The position numbers and the translations under genes were made by a program. Under the pieces are notes generated by a model, which did not search any database, had not been told where the DNA came from, and saw only the letters and a list, made by a program, of their open reading frames with translations. Of a stretch of DNA of 64,000 nt, positions 38,901-52,300 are shown piece after piece. Origin of the DNA: Eledone cirrhosa (Eukaryota); NCBI GenBank assembly GCA_964016885.1, contig OZ024744.1, positions 18,910,001-18,974,000 of the forward strand, given 5' to 3'. Position 1 is the stretch's first letter. Every line of letters begins with the position of its first letter.

Positions 38901-41900
38901 TCTGTATGTCTGTGTCTCTGTGTATGTCACTGTATCTTTGTGTATGTATGTGTCAATGTGTATGTCATTGTGTGTTTCTGTATGTCTGTGTCACTGTGTA
39001 TATCACTGTGTGTTTCTGTATATCTGTGTCTCTGTGTATGTCACTGTTTGTTTGCGTGAATCTGTGTCACTGTTTATGTCACTGTGTGTTTCTGTATGTC
39101 TGTGTGACTCTGTATGTCACTGTGTGTTTGTGTATGTCTGTGTCACTGTATGTTTCTGTATGTCTTTGTCACTGTGTATGTCACTGTGTGTTTCTGTATG
39201 TATGTGTCACCGTGTATGTCACTGTATCTTTGTGTATGCCTGTGTCACTGTGTATGTCACTGTGTGTTTCTGTATGTTTGTGTCATTGTGTATGTCACTA
39301 AATGTTTGTGTGTGTCTGTGTCCCTGTGTATGTCACTGTGTGTTTGCGTGTGTCTGTGTCACTGTGTATGTCACTGTGTGTTTCTGTATGTCTGTGTGAC
39401 TGTGTATGTCACTGTTTGTGTATGTCTGTGTCACTGTGTGTGTTTCTGTATGTCTGTGTCACTGTGTATGTCATTGCATCTTTGTGTATGTCTGTCTCAC
39501 TCTGTATGTCACTGTGTGTTTCTGCATGTCTGTGTCACTGTGTATGTCACTGTGTGTTTCTGTATGTCTGTGTCACGGTGTATGTCACTGTATGTTTGTG
39601 TGTGACTGTGTCACTGTGTATGTCACTGTGTGTTTGTGTATGTCTGTGTCACTGTATGTTTCTGTATGTCTGTGTCACTGTGTATGTCACTGTGTGTTTC
39701 TGTATGTCTGTGTCACTGTGTATGTCATTGTATCTTTGTGTATGTCTGTGTCACTGTGTATGTCACTGTATGTTTCTGTAAGTTTGTGTCACTGTGTATG
39801 TCACTGTGTGTTTCTGTATGCCTGTGTCTCTGTGTATGTCACTGTATGTTTCTGTATGTCTGTTTCACTGTGTATGTCACTGTGTCTTTATGTATGTCTG
39901 TGTCACTCTGTATGTCACTGTATATTTCTGTATGTCTGTGTCACTGTGTATATCACTGTATGTTTCTGTATGTCTGCGTCACTGTGTATGTCACACTGTG
40001 TTTCTGTATGTCTGTGTCACTGTCTATGTCACTGTATGTTTCTGAATGTCTGTGTCACTGTGTATGTTACTGTGTGTTTGTGTATGTCTGTGTCACTGTA
40101 TGTTTCTGTATGTCTGTGTCACTGTGTATGTCAATGTGTGTTTCTGTATGTTTGTGTCACTGTGTATGTCACTAAATGTTTGTGTGTGTCTGTGTCTCTG
40201 TGTATATCACTGTGTGTTTCTGTATATCTGTGTCTCTGTGTATGTCACTGTATCTTTGTGTATGTCTGGGTCACTGTGTATGTCACTCTGTGTTTCTGTA
40301 TGTCTGTGTGACTGTGTATGTCACTGTTTGTTTGTGTATGTCTGTGTCACTGTGTGTGTTTCTGTATGTCTGTGTCACTGTGTATGTCATTGCATCTTTG
40401 TGTATGTCTGTCTCACTCTGTATGTCACTGTGTGTTTCTGCATGTCTGTGTCACTGTGTATGTCACTGTGTGTTTCTGTATGTCTGTGTCACTGTGTATG
40501 TTACTGTTTGTTTCTGTATGTCTGTTTCACTGTGTATGTCACTGTATATTTGTGTATGTCTGTGTCACTCTGTATGTCACTGTGTGTTTCTGTATGTCTG
40601 TGTCACTATGTATGCCACTGTATGTTCGTGTTGTCTGTGTCATTGTGTATGTCACTGGGTGTTTCTGTATGTCTGTGTCACTGTGTATGACACTGTGTCT
40701 TTCTGTATGTATGTATCACTGTGTATGTCACTGTGTGTATCTGTATGTCTGTGTCACTGTGTAAGTCATTGTATCTTTATGTATGTCTGTGGCACTCTGT
40801 ATGTCGTTGTGTGTTTCTGTATGTATGTGTCTCTGTGTATGTCACTGTATATTTGTGTATGTATGTGTCACTGTGTATGTCACTGTGAGTTTCTCTATGT
40901 CTGTGTCACTGTGTATGTCACTGTATGTCTCTGTATGTCTGTGTCACTGTCTATGTCACTGTATCTTTGTGTATGTCTGTGTCACTGTGTATGTCACTGT
41001 ATGTTTATGTATTTCTGTGTCTCTGTGTATGCCACTGTATCTTTGTGTATGTCTGCGTCACTGTGTATGTCACTGTGTGTTTCTGTATGTCTGTGTCACT
41101 GTGTATGTCACAGTGTGTTTCTGTATATATGTGTCTCTGTGTATGTCACTGTATCTTTGTGTATGTCTGTGTCACTGTGTGTTTCTGTATGTCTGTGTCA
41201 CTGTGTATGTCACTGTATGTTTGTGTGTGCCTGTGTCACTGTGTATGTCAATGTCTCTGTGTGTTTCTGTATGTCTGTGTCTCTGTGTATGTCACTGTAT
41301 CTTTGTGTATGTATGTGTCACTGTGTATGTCACTGTGTGTTTCTGTATGTCTGTGTCACTGTGTATATCACTGTGTGTTTCTGTATATCTGTGTCTCTGT
41401 GTATGTCACTGTATCTTTGTGTATGTCTGGGTCACTGTGTATGTCACTGTATATTTGTGTATGTCTGTGTCACGGTGTATATCACTGTATGTTTGTGTAT
41501 GTCTGTGTCACTGTGTATGTCACTGTATGTTTCTGTATGTCTGTGTCACTGTGTATATCAATGTGTGTTTCTGTATCTCTGTGTCACGGTGTATGTCACT
41601 GCATGTTTGTGTATGTCTGTGTGACTGTGTATGTCACAGTGTGTTTCTGTATGTCTGTGTCACTGTCTATGTCACTGTATGTTTCTGAATTTCTGTGTCA
41701 CTGTGTATGTCACTGTGTGTTTCTGTATGTCTGTGTCACGGTGTATGTCACTGTATGTTTGTGTGTGACCGTGTCACTGTGTATGTCACTGTATGTTTGT
41801 GTGTGTCTGTGTCACTGTGTATGTCACTGTGTGTTTGTGTATGTCTGTGTCACTGTATGTTTCTGTATGTCTGTGTCACTGTGTATGTTACTGTTTGTTT

Positions 41901-44900
41901 CTGTATGTATGTGTCACTGTGTATGTCACCGTATGTGTGTGTATGTCTGTGTCACGGTGTATGTCACTGTATCTTTGTGTATGCCTGTGTCACTGTGTAT
42001 GTCACTGTGTGTTTTTGTATGTCTGTGTCACTGTGTATATCACTGTATGTTTGTGTGTGTCTGTGTCACTGCGAATGTCAATGTCTCTGTGTGTTTCTGT
42101 ATGTCTGTGTCTCTGTGTATGTCACTGTATCTTTGTGTATGTATGTGTCACTGTGTATGTCACTGTGTGTTTCTGTATGTATGTGTCACTGTGTATATCA
42201 CTGTGTGTTTCTGTATATCTGTGTCTCTGTGTATGTCACTGTATCTTTGTGTATGTATGTGTCACTGTGTATGTCACTGTGTGTTTCTGTATGTCTGTGT
42301 CACTGTGTATATCAATGTGTGTTTCTGTATCTCTGTGTCACGGTGTATGTCACTGCATGTTTGTGTATGTCTGTGTGACTGTGTATGTCACTGTGTGTTT
42401 CTGTATGTCTATGTCACTGTGTATGTCACAGTGTGTTTCTGTATATATGTGTCTCTGTGTATGTCACTGTATCTTTGTGTATGTCTGTGTCACTGTGTGT
42501 TTCTGTATGTCTGTGTCACTGTGTATGTCACTGTATGTTTCTGTATGTTTGTGTCACTGTGTATGTCACTGTATGTTTCTGTATGTCTGTTTCACTGTGT
42601 ATGTCACTGTGTCTTTATGTATGTCTGTGTCACTCTGTATGTCACTGTATATTTTTGTATGTCTGTGTCACTGTGTATGTCACTGTATGTTTCTGTATGT
42701 CTGTGTCACTCTGTATGTCACTGTATGTTTCTGTATGTCTGTGTCACTGTGTATGTCACTGTATGTTTCTGTATGTCTGTCTCACTGTGTATGCCACTGT
42801 GTGTTTCTGTATGTCTGTGTCACTCTGTATGTCACTGTATATTTCTGTATGTCTGTGTCACTGTGTATGTCACTGTATGTTTCTGTATGTCTGTGTCACT
42901 GTGTATGTCACTGTGTGTTTCTGTATGTCTGTGTCACTGTATATGTCACTGTAACTTTGTGTATGCCTGTGTCACTGTTTATGTCACTGTATGTTTCTGT
43001 ATATCTGTTTCACTGTGTATGTCACTGTATATTTGTGTATGTCTGTGTCACTCTGTATGTCACTGTGTGTTTCTGTATGTCTGTGTCACTATGTATGCCA
43101 CTGTATGTTTGTGTTATCTGTGTCATTGTATATGTCACTGGGTGTTTCTGTATGTCTGTGTCACTGTGTATGACACTGTGTGTTTCTGTATGTATGTATC
43201 ACTGTGTATGTCACTGTGTGTTTCTGTATGTCTGTGTCACTATGTAAGTCATTGTATCTTTGTGTATGTCACTGTGTATTTCCGTATGTCTGTGTCTCTG
43301 TGTATGTCACTGTATCTTTGTGTATGTCTGTGTCACTGTGTGTTTCTGTATGTCTGTGTCACTGTGTATGTCACTGTATGTTTGTGTGTGTCTGTGTCAC
43401 TGTGTATGTCACTGTGTGTTTGTGTATGTCTGTGTCACTGTATGTTTCTGTATGTCTGTGTCACTGTGTATGTCACTGTTTGTTTCTGTATGTATGTGTC
43501 ACTGTGTATGTCACCGTATGTGTGTGTATGTCTGTGTCATGGTGTATGTCACTGTATCTTTGTGTATGCCTGTGTCACTGTGTATGTCACTGTGTGTTTC
43601 TGTATGTCTGTGTCACTGTGTATGTCACTGTATGTTTGTGTGTGTCTGTGTCACTGTGTATGTCAATGTCTCTGTGTGTTTCTGTATGTCTGTGTCTCTG
43701 TGTATGTCACTGTATCTTTGTGTATGTATGTGTCAATGTGTATGTCATTGTGTGTTTCTGTATGTCTGTGTCACTGTGTATATCACTGTGTGTTTCTGTA
43801 TATCTGTGTCTCTGTGTATGTCACTGTTTGTTTGCGTGAATCTGTGTCACTGTTTATGTCACTGTGTGTTTCTGTATGTCTGTGTGACTCTGTATGTCAC
43901 TGTGTGTTTGTGTATGTCTGTGTCACTGTATGTTTCTGTATGTCTTTGTCACTGTGTATGTCACTGTGTGTTTCTGTATGTATGTGTCACCGTGTATGTC
44001 ACTGTATCTTTGTGTATGCCTGTGTCACTGTGTATGTCACTGTGTGTTTCTGTATGTTTGTGTCATTGTGTATGTCACTAAATGTTTGTGTGTGTCTGTG
44101 TCCCTGTGTATGTCACTGTGTGTTTGCGTGTGTCTGTGTCACTGTGTATGTCACTGTGTGTTTCTGTATGTCTGTGTGACTGTGTATGTCACTGTTTGTG
44201 TATGTCTGTGTCACTGTGTGTGTTTCTGTATGTCTGTGTCACTGTGTATGTCATTGCATCTTTGTGTATGTCTGTCTCACTCTGTATGTCACTGTGTGTT
44301 TCTGCATGTCTGTGTCACTGTGTATGTCACTGTGTGTTTCTGTATGTCTGTGTCACGGTGTATGTCACTGTATGTTTGTGTGTGACTGTGTCACTGTGTA
44401 TGTCACTGTGTGTTTGTGTATGTCTGTGTCACTGTATGTTTCTGTATGTCTGTGTCACTGTGTATGTCACTGTGTGTTTCTGTATGTCTGTGTCACTGTG
44501 TATGTCATTGTATCTTTGTGTATGTCTGTGTCACTGTGTATGTCACTGTATGTTTCTGTAAGTTTGTGTCACTGTGTATGTCACTGTGTGTTTCTGTATG
44601 CCTGTGTCTCTGTGTATGTCACTGTATGTTTCTGTATGTCTGTTTCACTGTGTATGTCACTGTGTCTTTATGTATGTCTGTGTCACTCTGTATGTCACTG
44701 TATATTTCTGTATGTCTGTGTCACTGTGTATATCACTGTATGTTTCTGTATGTCTGCGTCACTGTGTATGTCACACTGTGTTTCTGTATGTCTGTGTCAC
44801 TGTCTATGTCACTGTATGTTTCTGAATGTCTGTGTCACTGTGTATGTTACTGTGTGTTTGTGTATGTCTGTGTCACTGTATGTTTCTGTATGTCTGTGTC

Positions 44901-47900
44901 ACTGTGTATGTCAATGTGTGTTTCTGTATGTTTGTGTCACTGTGTATGTCACTAAATGTTTGTGTGTGTCTGTGTCTCTGTGTATATCACTGTGTGTTTC
45001 TGTATATCTGTGTCTCTGTGTATGTCACTGTATCTTTGTGTATGTCTGGGTCACTGTGTATGTCACTCTGTGTTTCTGTATGTCTGTGTGACTGTGTATG
45101 TCACTGTTTGTTTGTGTATGTCTGTGTCACTGTGTGTGTTTCTGTATGTCTGTGTCACTGTGTATGTCATTGCATCTTTGTGTATGTCTGTCTCACTCTG
45201 TATGTCACTGTGTGTTTCTGCATGTCTGTGTCACTGTGTATGTCACTGTGTGTTTCTGTATGTCTGTGTCACTGTGTATGTTACTGTTTGTTTCTGTATG
45301 TCTGTTTCACTGTGTATGTCACTGTATATTTGTGTATGTCTGTGTCACTCTGTATGTCACTGTGTGTTTCTGTATGTCTGTGTCACTATGTATGCCACTG
45401 TATGTTCGTGTTGTCTGTGTCATTGTGTATGTCACTGGGTGTTTCTGTATGTCTGTGTCACTGTGTATGACACTGTGTCTTTCTGTATGTATGTATCACT
45501 GTGTATGTCACTGTGTGTATCTGTATGTCTGTGTCACTGTGTAAGTCATTGTATCTTTATGTATGTCTGTGGCACTCTGTATGTCGTTGTGTGTTTCTGT
45601 ATGTATGTGTCTCTGTGTATGTCACTGTATATTTGTGTATGTATGTGTCACTGTGTATGTCACTGTGAGTTTCTCTATGTCTGTGTCACTGTGTATGTCA
45701 CTGTATGTCTCTGTATGTCTGTGTCACTGTCTATGTCACTGTATCTTTGTGTATGTCTGTGTCACTGTGTATGTCACTGTATGTTTATGTATTTCTGTGT
45801 CTCTGTGTATGCCACTGTATCTTTGTGTATGTCTGCGTCACTGTGTATGTCACTGTGTGTTTCTGTATGTCTGTGTCACTGTGTATGTCACAGTGTGTTT
45901 CTGTATATATGTGTCTCTGTGTATGTCACTGTATCTTTGTGTATGTCTGTGTCACTGTGTGTTTCTGTATGTCTGTGTCACTGTGTATGTCACTGTATGT
46001 TTGTGTGTGCCTGTGTCACTGTGTATGTCAATGTCTCTGTGTGTTTCTGTATGTCTGTGTCTCTGTGTATGTCACTGTATCTTTGTGTATGTATGTGTCA
46101 CTGTGTATGTCACTGTGTGTTTCTGTATGTCTGTGTCACTGTGTATATCACTGTGTGTTTCTGTATATCTGTGTCTCTGTGTATGTCACTGTATCTTTGT
46201 GTATGTCTGGGTCACTGTGTATGTCACTGTATATTTGTGTATGTCTGTGTCACGGTGTATATCACTGTATGTTTGTGTATGTCTGTGTCACTGTGTATGT
46301 CACTGTATGTTTCTGTATGTCTGTGTCACTGTGTATATCAATGTGTGTTTCTGTATCTCTGTGTCACGGTGTATGTCACTGCATGTTTGTGTATGTCTGT
46401 GTGACTGTGTATGTCACAGTGTGTTTCTGTATGTCTGTGTCACTGTCTATGTCACTGTATGTTTCTGAATTTCTGTGTCACTGTGTATGTCACTGTGTGT
46501 TTCTGTATGTCTGTGTCACGGTGTATGTCACTGTATGTTTGTGTGTGACCGTGTCACTGTGTATGTCACTGTATGTTTGTGTGTGTCTGTGTCACTGTGT
46601 ATGTCACTGTGTGTTTGTGTATGTCTGTGTCACTGTATGTTTCTGTATGTCTGTGTCACTGTGTATGTTACTGTTTGTTTCTGTATGTATGTGTCACTGT
46701 GTATGTCACCGTATGTGTGTGTATGTCTGTGTCACGGTGTATGTCACTGTATCTTTGTGTATGCCTGTGTCACTGTGTATGTCACTGTGTGTTTTTGTAT
46801 GTCTGTGTCACTGTGTATATCACTGTATGTTTGTGTGTGTCTGTGTCACTGCGAATGTCAATGTCTCTGTGTGTTTCTCTATGTCTGTGTCTCTGTGTAT
46901 GTCACTGTATCTTTGTGTATGTATGTGTCACTGTGTATGTCACTGTGTGTTTCTGTATGTATGTGTCACTGTGTATATCACTGTGTGTTTCTGTATATCT
47001 GTGTCTCTGTGTATGTCACTGTATCTTTGTGTATGTATGTGTCACTGTGTATGTCACTGTGTGTTTCTGTATGTCTGTGTCACTGTGTATATCAATGTGT
47101 GTTTCTGTATCTCTGTGTCACGGTGTATGTCACTGCATGTTTGTGTATGTCTGTGTGACTGTGTATGTCACTGTGTGTTTCTGTATGTCTATGTCACTGT
47201 GTATGTCACAGTGTGTTTCTGTATATATGTGTCTCTGTGTATGTCACTGTATCTTTGTGTATGTCTGTGTCACTGTGTGTTTCTGTATGTCTGTGTCACT
47301 GTGTATGTCACTGTATGTTTCTGTATGTTTGTGTCACTGTGTATGTCACTGTATGTTTCTGTATGTCTGTTTCACTGTGTATGTCACTGTGTCTTTATGT
47401 ATGTCTGTGTCACTCTGTATGTCACTGTATATTTTTGTATGTCTGTGTCACTGTGTATGTCACTGTATGTTTCTGTATGTCTGTGTCACTCTGTATGTCA
47501 CTGTATGTTTCTGTATGTCTGTGTCACTGTGTATGTCACTGTATGTTTCTGTATGTCTGTCTCACTGTGTATGCCACTGTGTGTTTCTGTATGTCTGTGT
47601 CACTCTGTATGTCACTGTATATTTCTGTATGTCTGTGTCACTGTGTATGTCACTGTATGTTTCTGTATGTCTGTGTCACTGTGTATGTCACTGTGTGTTT
47701 CTGTATGTCTGTGTCACTGTATATGTCACTGTAACTTTGTGTATGCCTGTGTCACTGTTTATGTCACTGTATGTTTCTGTATATCTGTTTCACTGTGTAT
47801 GTCACTGTATATTTGTGTATGTCTGTGTCACTCTGTATGTCACTGTGTGTTTCTGTATGTCTGTGTCACTATGTATGCCACTGTATGTTTGTGTTATCTG

Positions 47901-49319
47901 TGTCATTGTATATGTCACTGGGTGTTTCTGTATGTCTGTGTCACTGTGTATGACACTGTGTGTTTCTGTATGTATGTATCACTGTGTATGTCACTGTGTG
48001 TTTCTGTATGTCTGTGTCACTATGTAAGTCATTGTATCTTTGTGTATGTCACTGTGTATTTCCGTATGTCTGTGTCTCTGTGTATGTCACTGTATCTTTG
48101 TGTATGTCTGTGTCACTGTGTGTTTCTGTATGTCTGTGTCACTGTGTATGTCACTGTATGTTTGTGTGTGTCTGTGTCACTGTGTATGTCACTGTGTGTT
48201 TGTGTATGTCTGTGTCACTGTATGTTTCTGTATGTCTGTGTCACTGTGTATGTCACTGTTTGTTTCTGTATGTATGTGTCACTGTGTATGTCACCGTATG
48301 TGTGTGTATGTCTGTGTCATGGTGTATGTCACTGTATCTTTGTGTATGCCTGTGTCACTGTGTATGTCACTGTGTGTTTCTGTCTGTCTGTGTCACTGTG
48401 TATGTCACTGTATGTTTGTGTGTGTCTGTGTCACTGTGTATGTCAATGTCTCTGTGTGTTTCTGTATGTCTGTGTCTCTGTGTATGTCACTGTATCTTTG
48501 TGTATGTATGTGTCAATGTGTATGTCATTGTGTGTTTCTGTATGTCTGTGTCACTGTGTATATCACTGTGTGTTTCTGTATATCTGTGTCTCTGTGTATG
48601 TCACTGTTTGTTTGCGTGAATCTGTGTCACTGTTTATGTCACTGTGTGTTTCTGTATGTCTGTGTGACTCTGTATGTCACTGTGTGTTTGTGTATGTCTG
48701 TGTCACTGTATGTTTCTGTATGTCTTTGTCACTGTGTATGTCACTGTGTGTTTCTGTATGTATGTGTCACCGTGTATGTCACTGTATCTTTGTGTATGCC
48801 TGTGTCACTGTGTATGTCACTGTGTGTTTCTGTATGTTTGTGTCATTGTGTATGTCACTAAATGTTTGTGTGTGTCTGTGTCCCTGTGTATGTCACTGTG
48901 TGTTTGCGTGTGTCTGTGTCACTGTGTATGTCACTGTGTGTTTCTGTATGTCTGTGTGACTGTGTATGTCACTGTTTGTGTATGTCTGTGTCACTGTGTG
49001 TGTTTCTGTATGTCTGTGTCACTGTGTATGTCATTGCATCTTTGTGTATGTCTGTCTCACTCTGTATGTCACTGTGTGTTTCTGCATGTCTGTGTCACTG
49101 TGTATGTCACTGTGTGTTTCTGTATGTCTGTGTCACGGTGTATGTCACTGTATGTTTGTGTGTGACTGTGTCACTGTGTATGTCACTGTGTGTTTGTGTA
49201 TGTCTGTGTCACTGTATGTTTCTGTATGTCTGTGTCACTGTGTATGTCACTGTGTGTTTCTGTATGTCTGTGTCACTGTGTATGTCATTGTATCTTTGTG
49301 TATGTCTGTGTCACTGTGT
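34928..49319. repeat. 4,780-bp higher-order repeat, 3 near-identical tandem copies (+52-bp junction homology)
   Basis: ORFs 36145/40925/45705 and 35014/39794/44574 are spaced exactly 4,780 apart. Private marker gcgaatgtca occurs at 37291, 42071 and 46851. The span is 14,392 = 3 x 4,780 + 52. Confidence 0.95.
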
Positions 49320-52300
49320 CTTTATGTATGTCTGTGTCACTCTGTATGTCACTGTATATTTCTGTATGTCTGTGTCACTGTGTATATCACTGTATGTTTC
49401 TGTATGTCTGTGTCACTGTGTATGTCACTGTGTGTTTCTGTATGGCTGTGTCACTGTGTATGTCACTGTATTTTGTGTATGTCCGTGTCACTGTGTATGT
49501 CACAGTGTGTTTCTGTATGTCTGTGTCACTGTCTATGTCACTGTATGTTTCTGAATGTCTGTGTCACTGTGTATGTCACTGTGTGTTTGTGTATGTCTGT
49601 GTCACTGTATGTTTCTGTATGTCTGTGTCACTGTGTATGACACTGTGTGGTTCTGTATGTCTGTGTCACTGTGTATGACATTGTATCTTTGTGTATGTCT
49701 GTGTCACTGTGTATGTCACTGTATGTTTCTGTATGTTTGTGTCACTGTGTATGTCACTGTGTGTTTTTGTATGTCTGTGTCACTGTGTATGTCACTGTAT
49801 GTTTCTGTATGTCTGTTTCACTGTGTATGTCACTGTGTATTTATGTATGTCTGTGTCACTCTGTATGTCACTGTATATTTCTGTATGTCTGTGTCACTGT
49901 GTATGTCACTGTATGTTTCTGTATGTCTGTGTCACTGTGTATGTCACTGTATGTTTCTGTATGTCTGTGTCACTGTGTATGTCACTGTATATTTGTGTAT
50001 GTCTGTGTCCCTGTGTATGTCACTGTATGTTTCTGTATGTTTGTGTCACTGTGTATGTCACTGTGTGTTTCTGTATGTCTGTGTCACTGTGTATGTCACT
50101 GTGTGTTTCTGTATGTTTGTGTCACTGTGTATGTCACTAAATGTTTGTGTGTGTATGTGTCTCTGTGTATGTCACTGTTTGTTTGCGTGTGTCTGTGTCA
50201 CTGTGTATGTCACTGTGTGTTTCTGTATGTCTGTGTGACTGTGTATGTCACTGTGTGTTTGTGTATGTCTGTGTCACTGTATGTTTCTGTATGTCTGTGT
50301 CACTGTATATGTCACTGTGTGTTTCTGTATGTATGTGTCACCGTGTATGTCACTGTATCTTTGTGTATGCCTGTGTCACTGTGTATGTCACTGTGTGTTT
50401 CTGTATGTTTGTGTTACTGTGTATGTCACTAAATGTTTGTGTGTGTCTGTGTCTCTGTGTATGTCACTGTGTGTTTGCGTGTGTCTGTGTCACTGTGTAT
50501 GTCACTGTGTGTTTCTGTATGTCTGTGTCACTGTGTATGTCACTGTATGTTTCTGTATGTCTGTTTCACTGTGTATATCACTGTGTGTTTCTGTATGTCT
50601 GTGTCACTGTATATGTCACTGTATCTTTGTGTATGCCTGTGTCACTGTCTATGTCACTGTATGTTTATGTATGTCTGTTTCACTCTGTATGTCACTGTAT
50701 ATTTGTGTATGTCTGTGTCACTCTGTATGTCACTGTGTGTTTCTGTATGTCTGTGTCACTATGTATGCCACTGTATATTTGTGTTGTCTGTGTCATCGTG
50801 TATGTCACTGTGTCTTTCTGTATGTATGTATCACTGTGTATGTCACTGTGTGTATCTGTATGTCTGTGTCACTGTGTAAGTCATTGTATCTTTGTGTATG
50901 TCTGTGGCACACTGTATGTCGTTGTGTGTTTCTGTATGTACGTGTCTCTGTGTATGTCACTGTATATTTGTGTATGTATGTGTCACTGTGTATGTCACTG
51001 TGTGTTTCTGTATGTCTGTGTCTCTGTGTATGTCACTGTATCTTTGTGTATGTATGTGTCACTGTGTATGTCACTGTGTGTTTCTGTATGTCTGTGTCAC
51101 TGTGTATATCACTGTGTGTTTCTGTATATCTGTGTCTCTGTGTATGTCACTGTATCTTTGTGTATGCCTGGGTCACTGTGTATGTCACTGTATATTTGTG
51201 TATGTCTGTGTCACGGTGTATATCACTGTATGTTTGTGTATGTCTGTGTCACTGTGTATGTCACTGTATGTTTCTGTATGTCTGTGTCACTGTGTATATC
51301 AATGTGTGTTTCTGTATCTCTGTGTCACGGTGTATGTCACTGCATGTTTGTGTATGTCTGTGTGACTGTGTATGTCACTGTGTGTTTCTGTATGGCTGTG
51401 TCACTGTGTATGTCACTGTATCTTTGTGTATGTTTGTATCACTGTGTATGTCACTGTGTGTTTATGTATGTCTGTGTCTCTGTGTATGTCACTGTATCTT
51501 TGCGTATGTCTGCGTCACTGTGTATGTCACTGTGTGTTTCTGTATGTCTGTGTCACTGTGTATGTCACAGTGTGTTTCTGTATATCTGTGTCTCTGTGTA
51601 TGTCACTGTATCTTTGTGTATGTCTGTGTCACTGTGTATGTCACTGTATGTTTCTGTATGTATGTTTCACTGTGTATGTCACTAAATGTTTGTGTGTGTC
51701 TGTGTCTCTGTGTATGTCACTGTGTGTTTGCGTGTGTCTGTGTCACTGTGTATGTCACTGTGTGTTTCTGTATGTCTGTGTGACTGTGTATGTCACTGTT
51801 TGTTTGTGTATGTCTATGTCACTGTGTGTGTTTCTGTATGTCTGTGTCACTGTGTATGTCATTGCATCTTTGTGTATGTCTGTGTCACTGTGTATGTCAC
51901 TGTATGTTTCTGTATGTTTGTGTCACTGTGTATGTCACTGTGTGTTTCTGTATGTCTGTGTCTCTGTGTATGTCACTGTATGTTTCTGTATGTCTGTTTC
52001 ACTGTGTATGTCACTGTGTCTTTATGTATGTCTGTGTCACTCTGTATGTCACTGTATATTTCTGTATGTCTGTGTCACTGTGTATGTCACTGTATGTTTC
52101 TGTATGTCTGTGTCACTGTGTATGTCACTGTATGTTTCTGTATGTCTGTGTCACTGTGTATGTCACTGTATCTTTGTGTATGTCTGTGTCCCTGTGTATG
52201 TCACTGTTTGTTTCTGTATGTTTGTGTCACTGTGTATGTCACTGTGTATTTCTGTATGTCTGTGTCACTGTGTATGTCACTGTGTGTTTCTGTATGTTTG

